A stretch of 64,000 bases of DNA from an uncultured Actinomycetota bacterium (GTDB taxonomy: Bacteria; Actinomycetota; Actinomycetes; Propionibacteriales; Nocardioidaceae): assembly GCA_963827185.1 (NCBI GenBank), contig CAWGZQ010000001.1, forward strand, positions 88,644 through 152,643, read 5' to 3'. Position 1 is the first letter of the stretch. Each line of letters opens with the position of its first letter. The translations under genes were made by a program, and so were the position numbers. The notes beneath the pieces are model-generated. The model did no database searches and was not told the DNA's origin. It was given only the letters and a program-made list of their open reading frames with translations. Below, piece by piece: positions 56,039-64,000 of this stretch.

Positions 56039-57235
56039 ATGGTGCGGCTTCCCGCGCGGCTGAAGCCGCTGTTCCCGTACCTCAAGCCGGTGTACGTCAA
56101 GGCCACCCGGATGGCCGCGCCGACGAGCCAGTTCCTCTCTCGTGCCCGGGGAGGCCGATTGCCGAGCGGGGTGGTGCCTTCGCTCGCGGAGGCGGCGGTG
56201 TCGACCGGTGGTCGCTACCTGCAGGCCCGCGCCGCAGAGGTCGTCGAACGCCCGCCGCTGAAAGGCGTGCCGGCCGACATGCCGCTCACCGACCCGAGCA
56301 ACGGTCAGACGTTCCAGGCGATCGGCGTCGCCGAGCTCCCCGGCGGGCGGGTGCTCGGCCCACACCACGCGGTGATCAGTGGTCACAACGATCTGGTCCA
56401 CGCGGTGAGCTGGTACTTCGGGACCACCCGGCCGCGAGAGCACCCAGTCTTCCTCAACCCGTTCCCGCCGGAACCCCTCCACGTCGAGGGCCGGCTCGGC
56501 GTGCTGGCAGCGCGCGGCGACGTGAACTACTACCACTACCTGATGGACGTGATCGCCAAGCTCGGCGTGCTCGAGCAGGCACCGGACATCCCGATGCCGG
56601 AGCGTTGGTACGCCTCGGTCACCGGCCAGCCGTTTCAGCGTCAGCTACTCGAGCTCGCTGGCATCCCCCTCGACGCCGTCGTCGACGCCACCGAGCACCC
56701 CCACGTCGAGGCCGACGTGCTGGTGGTGCCCGCCCCGCCCGCGATGTCGGAGACGAACCCACCGTGGGCGGTCCAGTGGCTACGCGACCGGCTGCTCCCC
56801 CGCGTCGATCTCTCCGGACCCCGGCAGCGGATCTACGTCACCCGCGGGCCCTCTGCCAACAACCGCACCGTGCTCAATGACGACGAGGTGACCGCGCTCC
56901 TCGAGTCGCGCGGGTTCGTGCTCGTCGACCCCGGGCAGATGACGGTCGCGGACCAGATCCGGACGTTCGCGACCGCCGAGGTCATCGTCGCCACCCATGG
57001 CGCCGCGCTGGCCAACCTCACGTTCGCCAGTCCCGAGGCGACGGTGATCGAGCTGTTCCCGGTGGGCTGCCTGCTGCCGGACTACTGGCGGCTGGTCTCG
57101 GGCATCCCTGGTCTCCGCTACCGCTACCTGACAGCACCCGGTAAGGCTCCCCGGCGGGGCCGGGCGGCAGCGATCGTGCGCGACATCCAGGTCGACGTGC
57201 CCGCACTCCAGCGGATGCTGGACGAGCTGGACTGA
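56039..57235 (+). CDS. Glycosyltransferase family 61 (DUF563) protein
   Basis: NYYHYLMD, IYVTR...R.VLN, QIRTF..A.VIVATHGAALAN, VIELFP. Confidence 0.85.
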   Translation: MVRLPARLKPLFPYLKPVYVKATRMAAPTSQFLSRARGGRLPSGVVPSLAEAAVSTGGRYLQARAAEVVERPPLKGVPADMPLTDPSNGQTFQAIGVAELPGGRVLGPHHAVISGHNDLVHAVSWYFGTTRPREHPVFLNPFPPEPLHVEGRLGVLAARGDVNYYHYLMDVIAKLGVLEQAPDIPMPERWYASVTGQPFQRQLLELAGIPLDAVVDATEHPHVEADVLVVPAPPAMSETNPPWAVQWLRDRLLPRVDLSGPRQRIYVTRGPSANNRTVLNDDEVTALLESRGFVLVDPGQMTVADQIRTFATAEVIVATHGAALANLTFASPEATVIELFPVGCLLPDYWRLVSGIPGLRYRYLTAPGKAPRRGRAAAIVRDIQVDVPALQRMLDELD

Positions 57236-57275
57236 AGCCCCGCCCCTCCTCGAAGCCCTCACTAGGATGCGCCCC

Positions 57276-58381
57276 ATGCCGACCACCGTGCTCGTCGAGC
57301 CCGACCTCACCGGTCACCGCTTCCAGGCGGTGGCCAACGTGGCGCTGCGGGCCCAGCAGGACGGCGACCACGTCGTGCTGCTCACCTCGAAGGGAGCGGT
57401 CACCAGCGATGCCTTCAAGGTCTACCTCTCCGACGTACCGCTCGAGGCCGTCGAGGTGTTCGACGAGATCTACCCGCCCACGGCGACGATGCTGGACCAC
57501 ATCGTCGGCGCGCTGCCGGACGGACGACGTGCGCACGGTCGTGGTGATGGACGCCGACCAGACCCTGAAGAAGTGGTGGCTGCTCGCGCCGCGAGCGTTC
57601 CGTGGGCTCGCCGAAGCGACCGCAGGTGGTGTTCTTCTACACCCGCTACCCGGCCCGGGTACCGCTCAACGACCCGGTCCAGGTGAAGCTGCGAGTCACC
57701 AAGGCGGTGCTGACCGTGGTCACGATGCTGACCCGGACCCTGCACCGCGCCGCGGGCTTCGCCGGCCGCGACGACATGCACAAGGGCTGGCTGGTCAAGC
57801 GGGCCCGCGACCCCGAGATCTGCGGGTCGCACTCCCGCCATCGAGCCGCGCTCCGCGCCGAGCTGGGGCTCCCCCCGGACCGGCGCCTCGTCGGCATCTT
57901 CGGCCTGATCTCGGAGCGCAAGAACGCCCGGCTGGTCTTCGAGGGGCTGCGTCGCCGGCCGGCATCGACGCCGACCTGCTGCTCGCCGGGCGTCATCGAG
58001 CCGGAGGTCCAGGCCTGGATCGAGGCCCTGCCGCCGGAGCAGAAGGAGCGGATACGCACCTTCCACGGCTTCCTCGACAACACCCTGCTCGACAAGCTGA
58101 TCGCCGCCGTCGACGTGGCCCCGATCGCGCTCACCAACAACGGACCGAGCGGGATCATGGGCAAGGCCCTGGCCGCCGAGGTCCCGGTCGTCTCGGCCGG
58201 CTCCGCGGTCCGTGCGCGGGAGCTGCGCGCGACCGACGGCGGCGAGCTGGCCGAGCTCGAGTCCGGCAGCCTGGCGGCGGCGATCCAGAGGGTCTTCGAC
58301 AGGCCGGCCGACGCCCCGCGCCGGAGCAGCGTGCCAGCCGCCACCGCCGAGGAGTTCGCGGCCGTGGTGCTCGGCCGCTAA
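57276..58381 (+). CDS. GT-B fold glycosyltransferase; several frameshifts
   Basis: GHRFQAV N-terminus; FGLISERKN, GFL, SGIMGKALAA..PVV. Confidence 0.65.
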
Positions 58382-59467
58382 CCGCCCGGCTGACCCCAGC
58401 CGGGCACCTTCGCGGGCAACAGCTCGAGGCATCGGTCGGTGAGGTGCTCGGCCCAGCGGGTCGGGGTGTACTGGCCGGCCAGCTCGGTGCTGCGGACAGC
58501 TCATCGCCTTGCGGTGGTCCGGGTCGGCCGAGGCCACCCAGGCCATCGCCGAGGCCAGCTCGTCGACCTTGTCGGGCGCCACCACGCGGCCGTTGTAGCC
58601 GTCGAGGACGAGTCGCGAGGCGCCACCGCAGGTGCTCGTGCAGATCACGGCCTGGCCCGCCGCGGCCGCCTCCTGGAGCACCACGCCCCACGGCTCGAAC
58701 CGGCTGGGCAGCACGAGGCAGCCCGATGCCGCCATCACCTCGGGCAGGTCCTTGGGCGAGACGAAGCCGAGCAGCTCGACGCCGTCGATCGCCTTCGAGC
58801 TCCTCGTCCATGGGGCCGATGCCGACGACCTTCAGCGGCCACGGGTCGGTGCTCGCGGCGCGATAGCGACGGTAGGCCTCGGCCAGCACGTCGACGCCCT
58901 TGACGTCGACGAGCCGCCCGGCGAACAGGAACGAGTTGCTGCGGGGGGTCCTGCGGCCCGGTGAAGAACGGGTCGTCGCAGGTGTTCAAGCCCGACGATG
59001 ATCTCGTGCTGCTCGAAGCCGAGGTGGCGGGCGAAGACCGCCTGCTCGTCGCCCGGCAGGAACGCGGCGTCGAAGGCCGGCTGGATGAACAGGTTGCGGG
59101 TCACCCGGCCGAGCCACTGCTTGGGCCGGCCCAACCACTGGTGGTCCATCACCACGATCCGCAGCGCTCGCTTGCGCCACTTCCGCGCGGCCTTCATGTA
59201 CGCCGGGATGTGCCAGGAGTTCACGATGAGTACGTCGGGCTGGAACTCGTCCAGCTCGCGCATCAGCAGGTCCTCGTCGGGCTGTCCGCTCCAGCCGATC
59301 GCGTCGAGCCCCTGGGTGAGTTCGGCGTCGTCGAACGGTGCGAGGTAGGGCGGGTGGACCAACGCCTCCTGGTACATGAGCTTCACGTCGTGGCCCTGCG
59401 CGACGAGCGCGTGCATGCCCGAGGTCGAGTAGCCGGTGATGTACTGCCACGCGAGGTAGTACCGCAT
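58378..59467 (-). CDS. Glycosyltransferase family 4; several frameshifts
   Basis: FLFAGRL...KGV, VGIGP, LVLPSRFEPWGVVLQEAAAAG, GYNG pieced from three frames. Confidence 0.78.
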
Positions 59468-59705
59468 CAGCCGATCGCCTCTCGAATGTATCCGCCGGAG
59501 CGCGCCCAGGCCGGCGCCGAGAGAGATCGCGAACTCCACGCCCATCAGCTCCGGGGCCCGGTGGACGTCCATGGGGTCGCGCTGGGGTCGCGTTCAGGCA
59601 TCGTGAGCTCGGCAGCGTTGGCCAGGTTGACTACCACGGGTCGGCAATCTAGCCCACGTCTCAATGCTCTCAAGGAGGAACACCTCAGCCGGACAGCCCC
59701 AACCG

Positions 59706-59740
59706 CGCTGACCCGTCGCAAAGTTTGCGACGGGTCAGCG
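59706..59740. repeat. Perfect 35-bp palindrome (17-bp arms, 1-nt centre); terminator or REP-like
   Basis: cgctgacccgtcgcaaa-g-tttgcgacgggtcagcg. Confidence 0.9.
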
Positions 59741-59749
59741 GATAGCGGG

Positions 59750-60047
59750 TCAGAGAGTGACGGTCACTTCGGCGACGCTGCCGACGGCGGCGTGCACCTT
59801 GTTGTCCACCGGCTCCGCCTGGGGGGCGAGAGTGCGTCAGGGTCCACTCCCCGTCGCCGGCGAAGAACCGGAAGTGCCCGGTCGCGGAGGTCGGGACCTC
59901 CGCGGTGAACTCACCGGTGCGGTCGAGCAGCCGGACGTAGGCGTTGCCCACGGGCTCGCCGTCACGCACGACCTGGCCCTGGATCACCGCCTCCTTGGCG
60001 ACGTCCACGCCGTCCAGGGACAGTCCGCCCTCGGTCGCGCCGCACAT
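59750..60047 (-). CDS. sseC: DUF1416 (SseC) protein; frameshift near 59830
   Basis: MCGA, AYVRLLD..GEFTAEVPTSATG.FRFFA..G.WT. Confidence 0.88.
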
Positions 60048-60895
60048 CAGGCGTTCCCGGGCTCGTCGCCGAGGGCGACCGGAACGCCGACCAGCGAGCC
60101 GTACTCGGTCCAGGAGCCGTCGTAGTTCTTCACGTTCTGCTGGCCGAGCAGCTCGCGGAGCACGAACCAGGTGTGCGAGGAGCGCTCGCCGATCCGGCAG
60201 TACGCGATGGTGTCCTTGTCCCAGTCGACGCCGGCCTCGGAGTAGATCTCCTTGAGCTCGTCGTCGGTCTTGAACGTGCCGTCGTCGTTGGCCGCCTTGC
60301 TCCACGGGACGTTGGCAGCAGTCGGGATGTGGCCCGCCCGCTGAGCCTGCTCCTGCGGCAGGTGTGCCGGCGCGAGCAGCCGGCCGGCGAACTCGTCGGG
60401 GCTGCGGACGTCGACCAGGTTCTTCACGCCGATGGCCTCGACCGTCTCGTCGCGGAAGGCGCGGATCGTGTGGTCCTGCTCCTGCGCGGTGTACGACGTC
60501 TGCTCGCGCGAGGGCAGCTCGTCGGTCAGCTCGCGCGAGTCGAGCTCCCACTTCTTGCGTCCGCCGTCGAGCAGCTTCACGTCCTGGTGGCCGTACAGCT
60601 TGAAGTACCAGTAGGCGTAGGCGGCGAACCAGTTGTTGTTGCCGCCGTAGAGGACGACGGTGTCGTCGTTGGACACCCCGCGGCCTGACAGGAGCGCCTC
60701 GAACTGCCCCTTGTTCACGAAGTCGCGGCGGACCTGATCCTGCAGGTCCGTCGTCCAGTCCAGCTTGATGGCGCCCTTGATGTGGCCTTTGTCGTACGCC
60801 GTGGTGTCCTCGTCGACCTCGACCAGGACGATCCCTGGCGTGTCGAGGTGGTCCGCCACCCACTGGGCGGAGACGAGAGAGTTGTCGCGGGTCAT
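60047..60895 (-). CDS. cysA: Thiosulfate sulfurtransferase (tandem rhodanese, CysA2-like)
   Basis: VEVDED..AYDKGHI, NNNWFAAYAYW, AYCRIGERS, NYDGSWTEYG. Confidence 0.93.
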   Translation of the reverse strand: MTRDNSLVSAQWVADHLDTPGIVLVEVDEDTTAYDKGHIKGAIKLDWTTDLQDQVRRDFVNKGQFEALLSGRGVSNDDTVVLYGGNNNWFAAYAYWYFKLYGHQDVKLLDGGRKKWELDSRELTDELPSREQTSYTAQEQDHTIRAFRDETVEAIGVKNLVDVRSPDEFAGRLLAPAHLPQEQAQRAGHIPTAANVPWSKAANDDGTFKTDDELKEIYSEAGVDWDKDTIAYCRIGERSSHTWFVLRELLGQQNVKNYDGSWTEYGSLVGVPVALGDEPGNA

Positions 60896-60907
60896 GTGTG
60901 GTGCCTT

Positions 60908-61402
60908 TCAGTTGGTGGTGACGACGGAGATGTCGCGATCGCCGGCGGCTGAACCGGACGAGACCCGACGGAGGAGCAGGTACATCTCGCAGCCCAGGCA
61001 CAGACCGAAGGCGGCGTTGAGCACCGCGGCCACCAGGGCGAACCCGGTGGCGATCAGGCCGAGCAGGTCCAGCCCGGCGAGGAAGCCAGCGAGCCCGACC
61101 ACCGCGAACGCGAGCCCCACGCCCTGGGCGAACCGCGGCGGCGCCGCGTCCTCCAGGTCGTGCGGCGGTGCCAGTCGCGGTCGGATGGCGGTGCGAAACA
61201 GCCAGGCGAGTGGGGTGCGCTGCACCCCGAGCGCCGCGCCGACGGCGAAGAGCGCCGCCTGCAGGCCGAGGAGTGCGGTGGCGAATCCACTGGGTGCGGA
61301 GACCAGCACGACCGCCAGCACGACGGCAGTGACCGCGGCGGTGAAGCGGGGTCCGCGCGGGTCGATCGAGACGCGGAGGGTGGTTGCATGGTGCACGCTC
61401 AT
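60908..61402 (-). CDS. DUF4395 membrane protein
   Basis: IDPRGPRF, PPRFAQGVG, LNAAFGLCLGCEMY. Confidence 0.9.
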   Translation of the reverse strand: MSVHHATTLRVSIDPRGPRFTAAVTAVVLAVVLVSAPSGFATALLGLQAALFAVGAALGVQRTPLAWLFRTAIRPRLAPPHDLEDAAPPRFAQGVGLAFAVVGLAGFLAGLDLLGLIATGFALVAAVLNAAFGLCLGCEMYLLLRRVSSGSAAGDRDISVVTTN

Positions 61403-61456
61403 GAATGGGTCCTTTGTCCTGGCGGGGGCTGGATATGGGCCCAGGCGCGCATGCCA

Positions 61457-61476
61457 CGGTTTACTAGAGTAAACCG
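61457..61476. promoter_or_regulatory. AT-rich palindrome between the leader peptide and DUF4395
   Basis: cggtttact-ag-agtaaaccg, perfect 9-bp arms. Confidence 0.5.
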
Positions 61477-61508
61477 GTAGACTTAGCGGAGTTGAAGCGA
61501 GGGCCCGC

Positions 61509-61586
61509 TCAGGACATCCGACACAGCGCCGAGCGGACGCGGCAGTGATCCACTGCGCGGCGCTTGGTCAACCAGGTCGACGACAT
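61509..61586 (-). CDS. Leaderless 25-aa Cys-containing leader peptide (Ms5788A-like)
   Basis: MSSTWLTKRRAVDHCRVRSALCRMS; TACTGT 7 nt upstream of the ATG; precedes DUF4395-cysA-sseC. Confidence 0.8.
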   Translation of the reverse strand: MSSTWLTKRRAVDHCRVRSALCRMS

Positions 61587-61666
61587 ATCGAAAACAGTAC
61601 GGACTTGCCGAAGCCCCGCCCGTCGCGTCTCACGATTCGGTACGACGGTCCACATTGCGGGACTGG

Positions 61667-63502
61667 TCAGCAGGTGCTGGGGGCCGTGCTCGACTCGTTC
61701 TCCGGTCGGGCACCCGGGGTCACCGAGACCTCGGTCGGCCCGGTCTGGCCCGGCCCGGTGACCATGCTCCACGTGACCACGCGGGTCTGCCGAGGTCGCA
61801 GCGGTAGGCCCACCGAGACGACGTCTCGGCCGATGTTGTGGTCGATCGCCGGGTCCGGGAGGGGTACGCCGTCGAAGGCGATGTCGCGGATCACTCCGCC
61901 GGCCGGGGCGTAGAGGTCCGCCACGACGACCTGGTCCCCCGGTCGGACCGGTATCGGCGAACCCGTCCGCGAAACCGGTGACCGTCTCGGGCAGGTCTCG
62001 CACGTCACCGGCGTGGCCGAGGTGACTCGTAGCCACGCCGTGAGGTTCTGTCGGCCGTTCTCGCACGAAGCGCTGGTGACCTGTACCTCGTGGTCGAGGA
62101 AGAACGACATCTTCGCGCCGGTCCCGTCGTTGAGGTAGACGCCGACCTGCGGGATGTCCGAATCCGGGTCGGTGGTCACACCCGCGATCGTGGTGCCGTC
62201 GATGATGGCCTGCTCGTCGGGGGCGAACGAATGGATCAGGATGCGGCGCTCGTTCACCCCGCGGATCAGGCCCTCCACCAGGCTCACGGGGTCGCCCTGA
62301 CCGTCGGCGAACACGTCGAACGCCGCCTGCGCCACCCCGTTGAAGAAGTCGTCCTGGCTGATCTGGTTGTCGTAGCGCAGGTAGGCGAGATGCTCGACCT
62401 CGGCGACGATCGTCTGTGCGGTGAGGCTCCGACCGTCGACCTGGATCGCGCCCAGTGACTCCAGCAGGTAGGAAACCGCCACCGGGTCGACCACGAAGAC
62501 CCCGTCGATGTCGGTATCGGTCTCCAGTTGCCAGCGGGCCCGCCACAACTCAGCCGCCCGGCGCAGGTCTGGCGTGAAGTTGGAGTCCAGGAAGTAGGTG
62601 CCGAGCTGGCGTCCGAACAGATCCAGCTCGTTGCCGGACAGCGGCAGGATCGGCTCGTCCAGCTGTCCCATCGCGCCGGCCGACTCCTGGCGGGTGATGT
62701 CGACCCGCCCGTTCTCGGCATGGATCAGCGACATCACACCGGGGAGGCCGCCGGTGGCCCGCAGCTCGGCGTTGTTCTGGAAGACCAGCAGGTAGTCGCG
62801 CGGGCCGCTTCCACCGAGGAGCGCCGGCATCAGCTGCGCGGCCCGAACGGCCGTCTCCAGGGTGGCCGAGGCGACCTCGATCTCCTCCCGAAGCAGGTCC
62901 AGCTGACTCTGCAGCGGGCCGGTGAGCCGGTCGGAGTCGATCCCGCTCAGCCGCTCCACGGCGTCCGCGAAGGCGGCGCTGCTCGCCGAGGCCGGCGCCT
63001 CGAGCGCGGCAATGCGGTCGAGGGGGAACTGGTGGTCCGACGGGGCGAACGAGCCGGCGTTGAGCTCGGCCGCCGAGTCGAGGAGCGGAGGGACGCCGGA
63101 CTCGGCGAGGTCGGAGAGCACGTCCGAGACCGTCGCCAGCCCGGCGGCGTCATCACCGATGATCGGCAGCACCTCGAAGGCGCGCCACGCCCAGCCGTCG
63201 GTGCGTCCGGCGGCGGCTGCGGTGAGCTCCTGGAAGGTCCGGTTGGCCAGCTGCGCGCCGTCGATGTCGCCTCGGGAGAGCGATGCCTTGAGGATCTGCG
63301 CCTGATCCCGGGCCTCGTCGAGGTCGCTGTAGACGCGGTACGCCGTCCAGCCGCACCACACGAGCGCGAGCAGGCCCAGCCCGACGACGCCGATGACCGT
63401 GAGCCTGGCCCGTCGGCCATTGAGCCGGGCCCGGAACGGCGCGGTCCAGCGATGCAGGGTCGGCCGAATGCCGCGCCGGCGTCGACGTTTGACAGGTGAC
63501 AC
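61667..63502 (-). CDS. DUF4012 membrane-anchored protein (probable compensating indels near 61960-62005)
   Basis: N-terminal TM; YLLVFQNNAELRATGG, NFTPD, DGV..VDP, YLNDGTGAKM. Confidence 0.85.
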   Translation of the reverse strand: MSPVKRRRRRGIRPTLHRWTAPFRARLNGRRARLTVIGVVGLGLLALVWCGWTAYRVYSDLDEARDQAQILKASLSRGDIDGAQLANRTFQELTAAAAGRTDGWAWRAFEVLPIIGDDAAGLATVSDVLSDLAESGVPPLLDSAAELNAGSFAPSDHQFPLDRIAALEAPASASSAAFADAVERLSGIDSDRLTGPLQSQLDLLREEIEVASATLETAVRAAQLMPALLGGSGPRDYLLVFQNNAELRATGGLPGVMSLIHAENGRVDITRQESAGAMGQLDEPILPLSGNELDLFGRQLGTYFLDSNFTPDLRRAAELWRARWQLETDTDIDGVFVVDPVAVSYLLESLGAIQVDGRSLTAQTIVAEVEHLAYLRYDNQISQDDFFNGVAQAAFDVFADGQGDPVSLVEGLIRGVNERRILIHSFAPDEQAIIDGTTIAGVTTDPDSDIPQVGVYLNDGTGAKMSFFLDHEVQVTSASCENGRQNLTAWLRVTSATPVTCETCPRRSPVSRTGSPIPVRPGDQVVVADLYAPAGGVIRDIAFDGVPLPDPAIDHNIGRDVVSVGLPLRPRQTRVVTWSMVTGPGQTGPTEVSVTPGARPENESSTAPSTC

Positions 63503-63669
63503 CGCGCCCCTCCCTCGACCATCGGCAGCCCGCCACACCTCAACGATCCGCTGCCCGCGACGTTAGCCATCCTCCTAATGATGGGCCTTTCGACTCGGTG
63601 CGATGGTCGATCGCCTAGTATCCAGTGGTTCTCGGGTCACCCCGCTTCCCTCATTCACGAAGGCTCAGA

Positions 63670-64000
63670 GTGGACTTCAAGCAACTCCTCCATGTGCTGC
63701 GACGCCGTTGGCTCACGATCGCCGCCATGCTGCTGATCTCGGGAGCCGTGGCGACGTTCATCAACTGGCAGACCGACACCCAGTACGAGTCGAAGACCCG
63801 GGTCTTCATCGGCCTGAGCCCCCAGGACGGATCAGAGGTCGCCGGCACGCTGTACCAGGTGATCGCCCGCGCCCAGGCGTACGCCGACCTCGCCGACAGC
63901 AGCGATCTGATGAACCTGGTCATCAGCGACCTCGACCTGCAGATCACTCCCACTGAGCTGGCCGACCAGGTCGACGCCTCGGTCGTTCAGGACACCACTC
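63670..64000 (+). CDS. Polysaccharide chain-length determinant / tyrosine autokinase N-terminus (Wzz/Wzc-like); partial; frameshift near 63720
   Basis: VDFKQLLHVLRRRWLTI, TM, YESKTRVFI, YADLADS.DLM..VI..L.L...P..LA..V. Confidence 0.75.
   Translation, partial: MDFKQLLHVLRRRWLTIAAMLLISGAVATFINWQTDTQYESKTRVFIGLSPQDGSEVAGTLYQVIARAQAYADLADSSDLMNLVISDLDLQITPTELADQVDASVVQDTT

Noticed and set aside
55541-57235. Apparent 564-aa Dtd-GT61 fusion in the ORF track
   Set aside because: The dtd C-terminus ([15 protein letters not shown], stop at 55994) is in another frame and GT61 has its own ATG at 56039, so the fusion is a frameshift artefact.
59470-59640. Short minus-strand ORF upstream of the GT4 gene as a leader peptide
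   Set aside because: No regulatory codon run or recognisable motif; chance ORFs are common here.
59685-61457. 590-aa minus ORF ending in SseC sequence
   Set aside because: Off-frame read through DUF4395 and cysA; only the last about 100 codons are real.

Overview
64 kb of high-GC actinobacterial chromosome, most like Nocardioidaceae (inferred from mshA, carD, senX3-regX3/phoU, F420 LLM enzymes, an HBHA-like gene, DUF222-HNH genes and DUF4012). The left half is largely core: ispF/ispD/carD, gpmA, phoU-senX3-regX3, mshA, typA, redox enzymes and two large secreted enzymes. The right half is the conserved DUF4395-cysA-sseC / DsrE-nitrobindin-nur-ygfZ / asparaginase-XRE-HBHA backbone, interleaved with polysaccharide genes (galE, rmlABCD, manA, GT61, GT4, methyltransferase, two GH16, DUF4012, Wzz/Wzc-like) and a sulfate-activation block (cysD, cysN, TauE). 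That block includes an APS kinase fused in frame to an intact low-molecular-weight tyrosine-phosphatase domain. Many genes carry single-base frameshifts, most likely long-read consensus errors, so several coordinates are reconstructed by eye. Signals outside the annotated genes: a leaderless Cys-containing leader peptide ahead of the sulfurtransferase operon, PafBC-type promoters on both HNH genes, GlnR-like and PHO-like boxes, and a perfect 35-bp palindrome. There is also a diverged 150-bp duplication inside an amidase gene. No rRNA, tRNA or CRISPR was seen. All family calls come from motif recognition by eye, not database searches.
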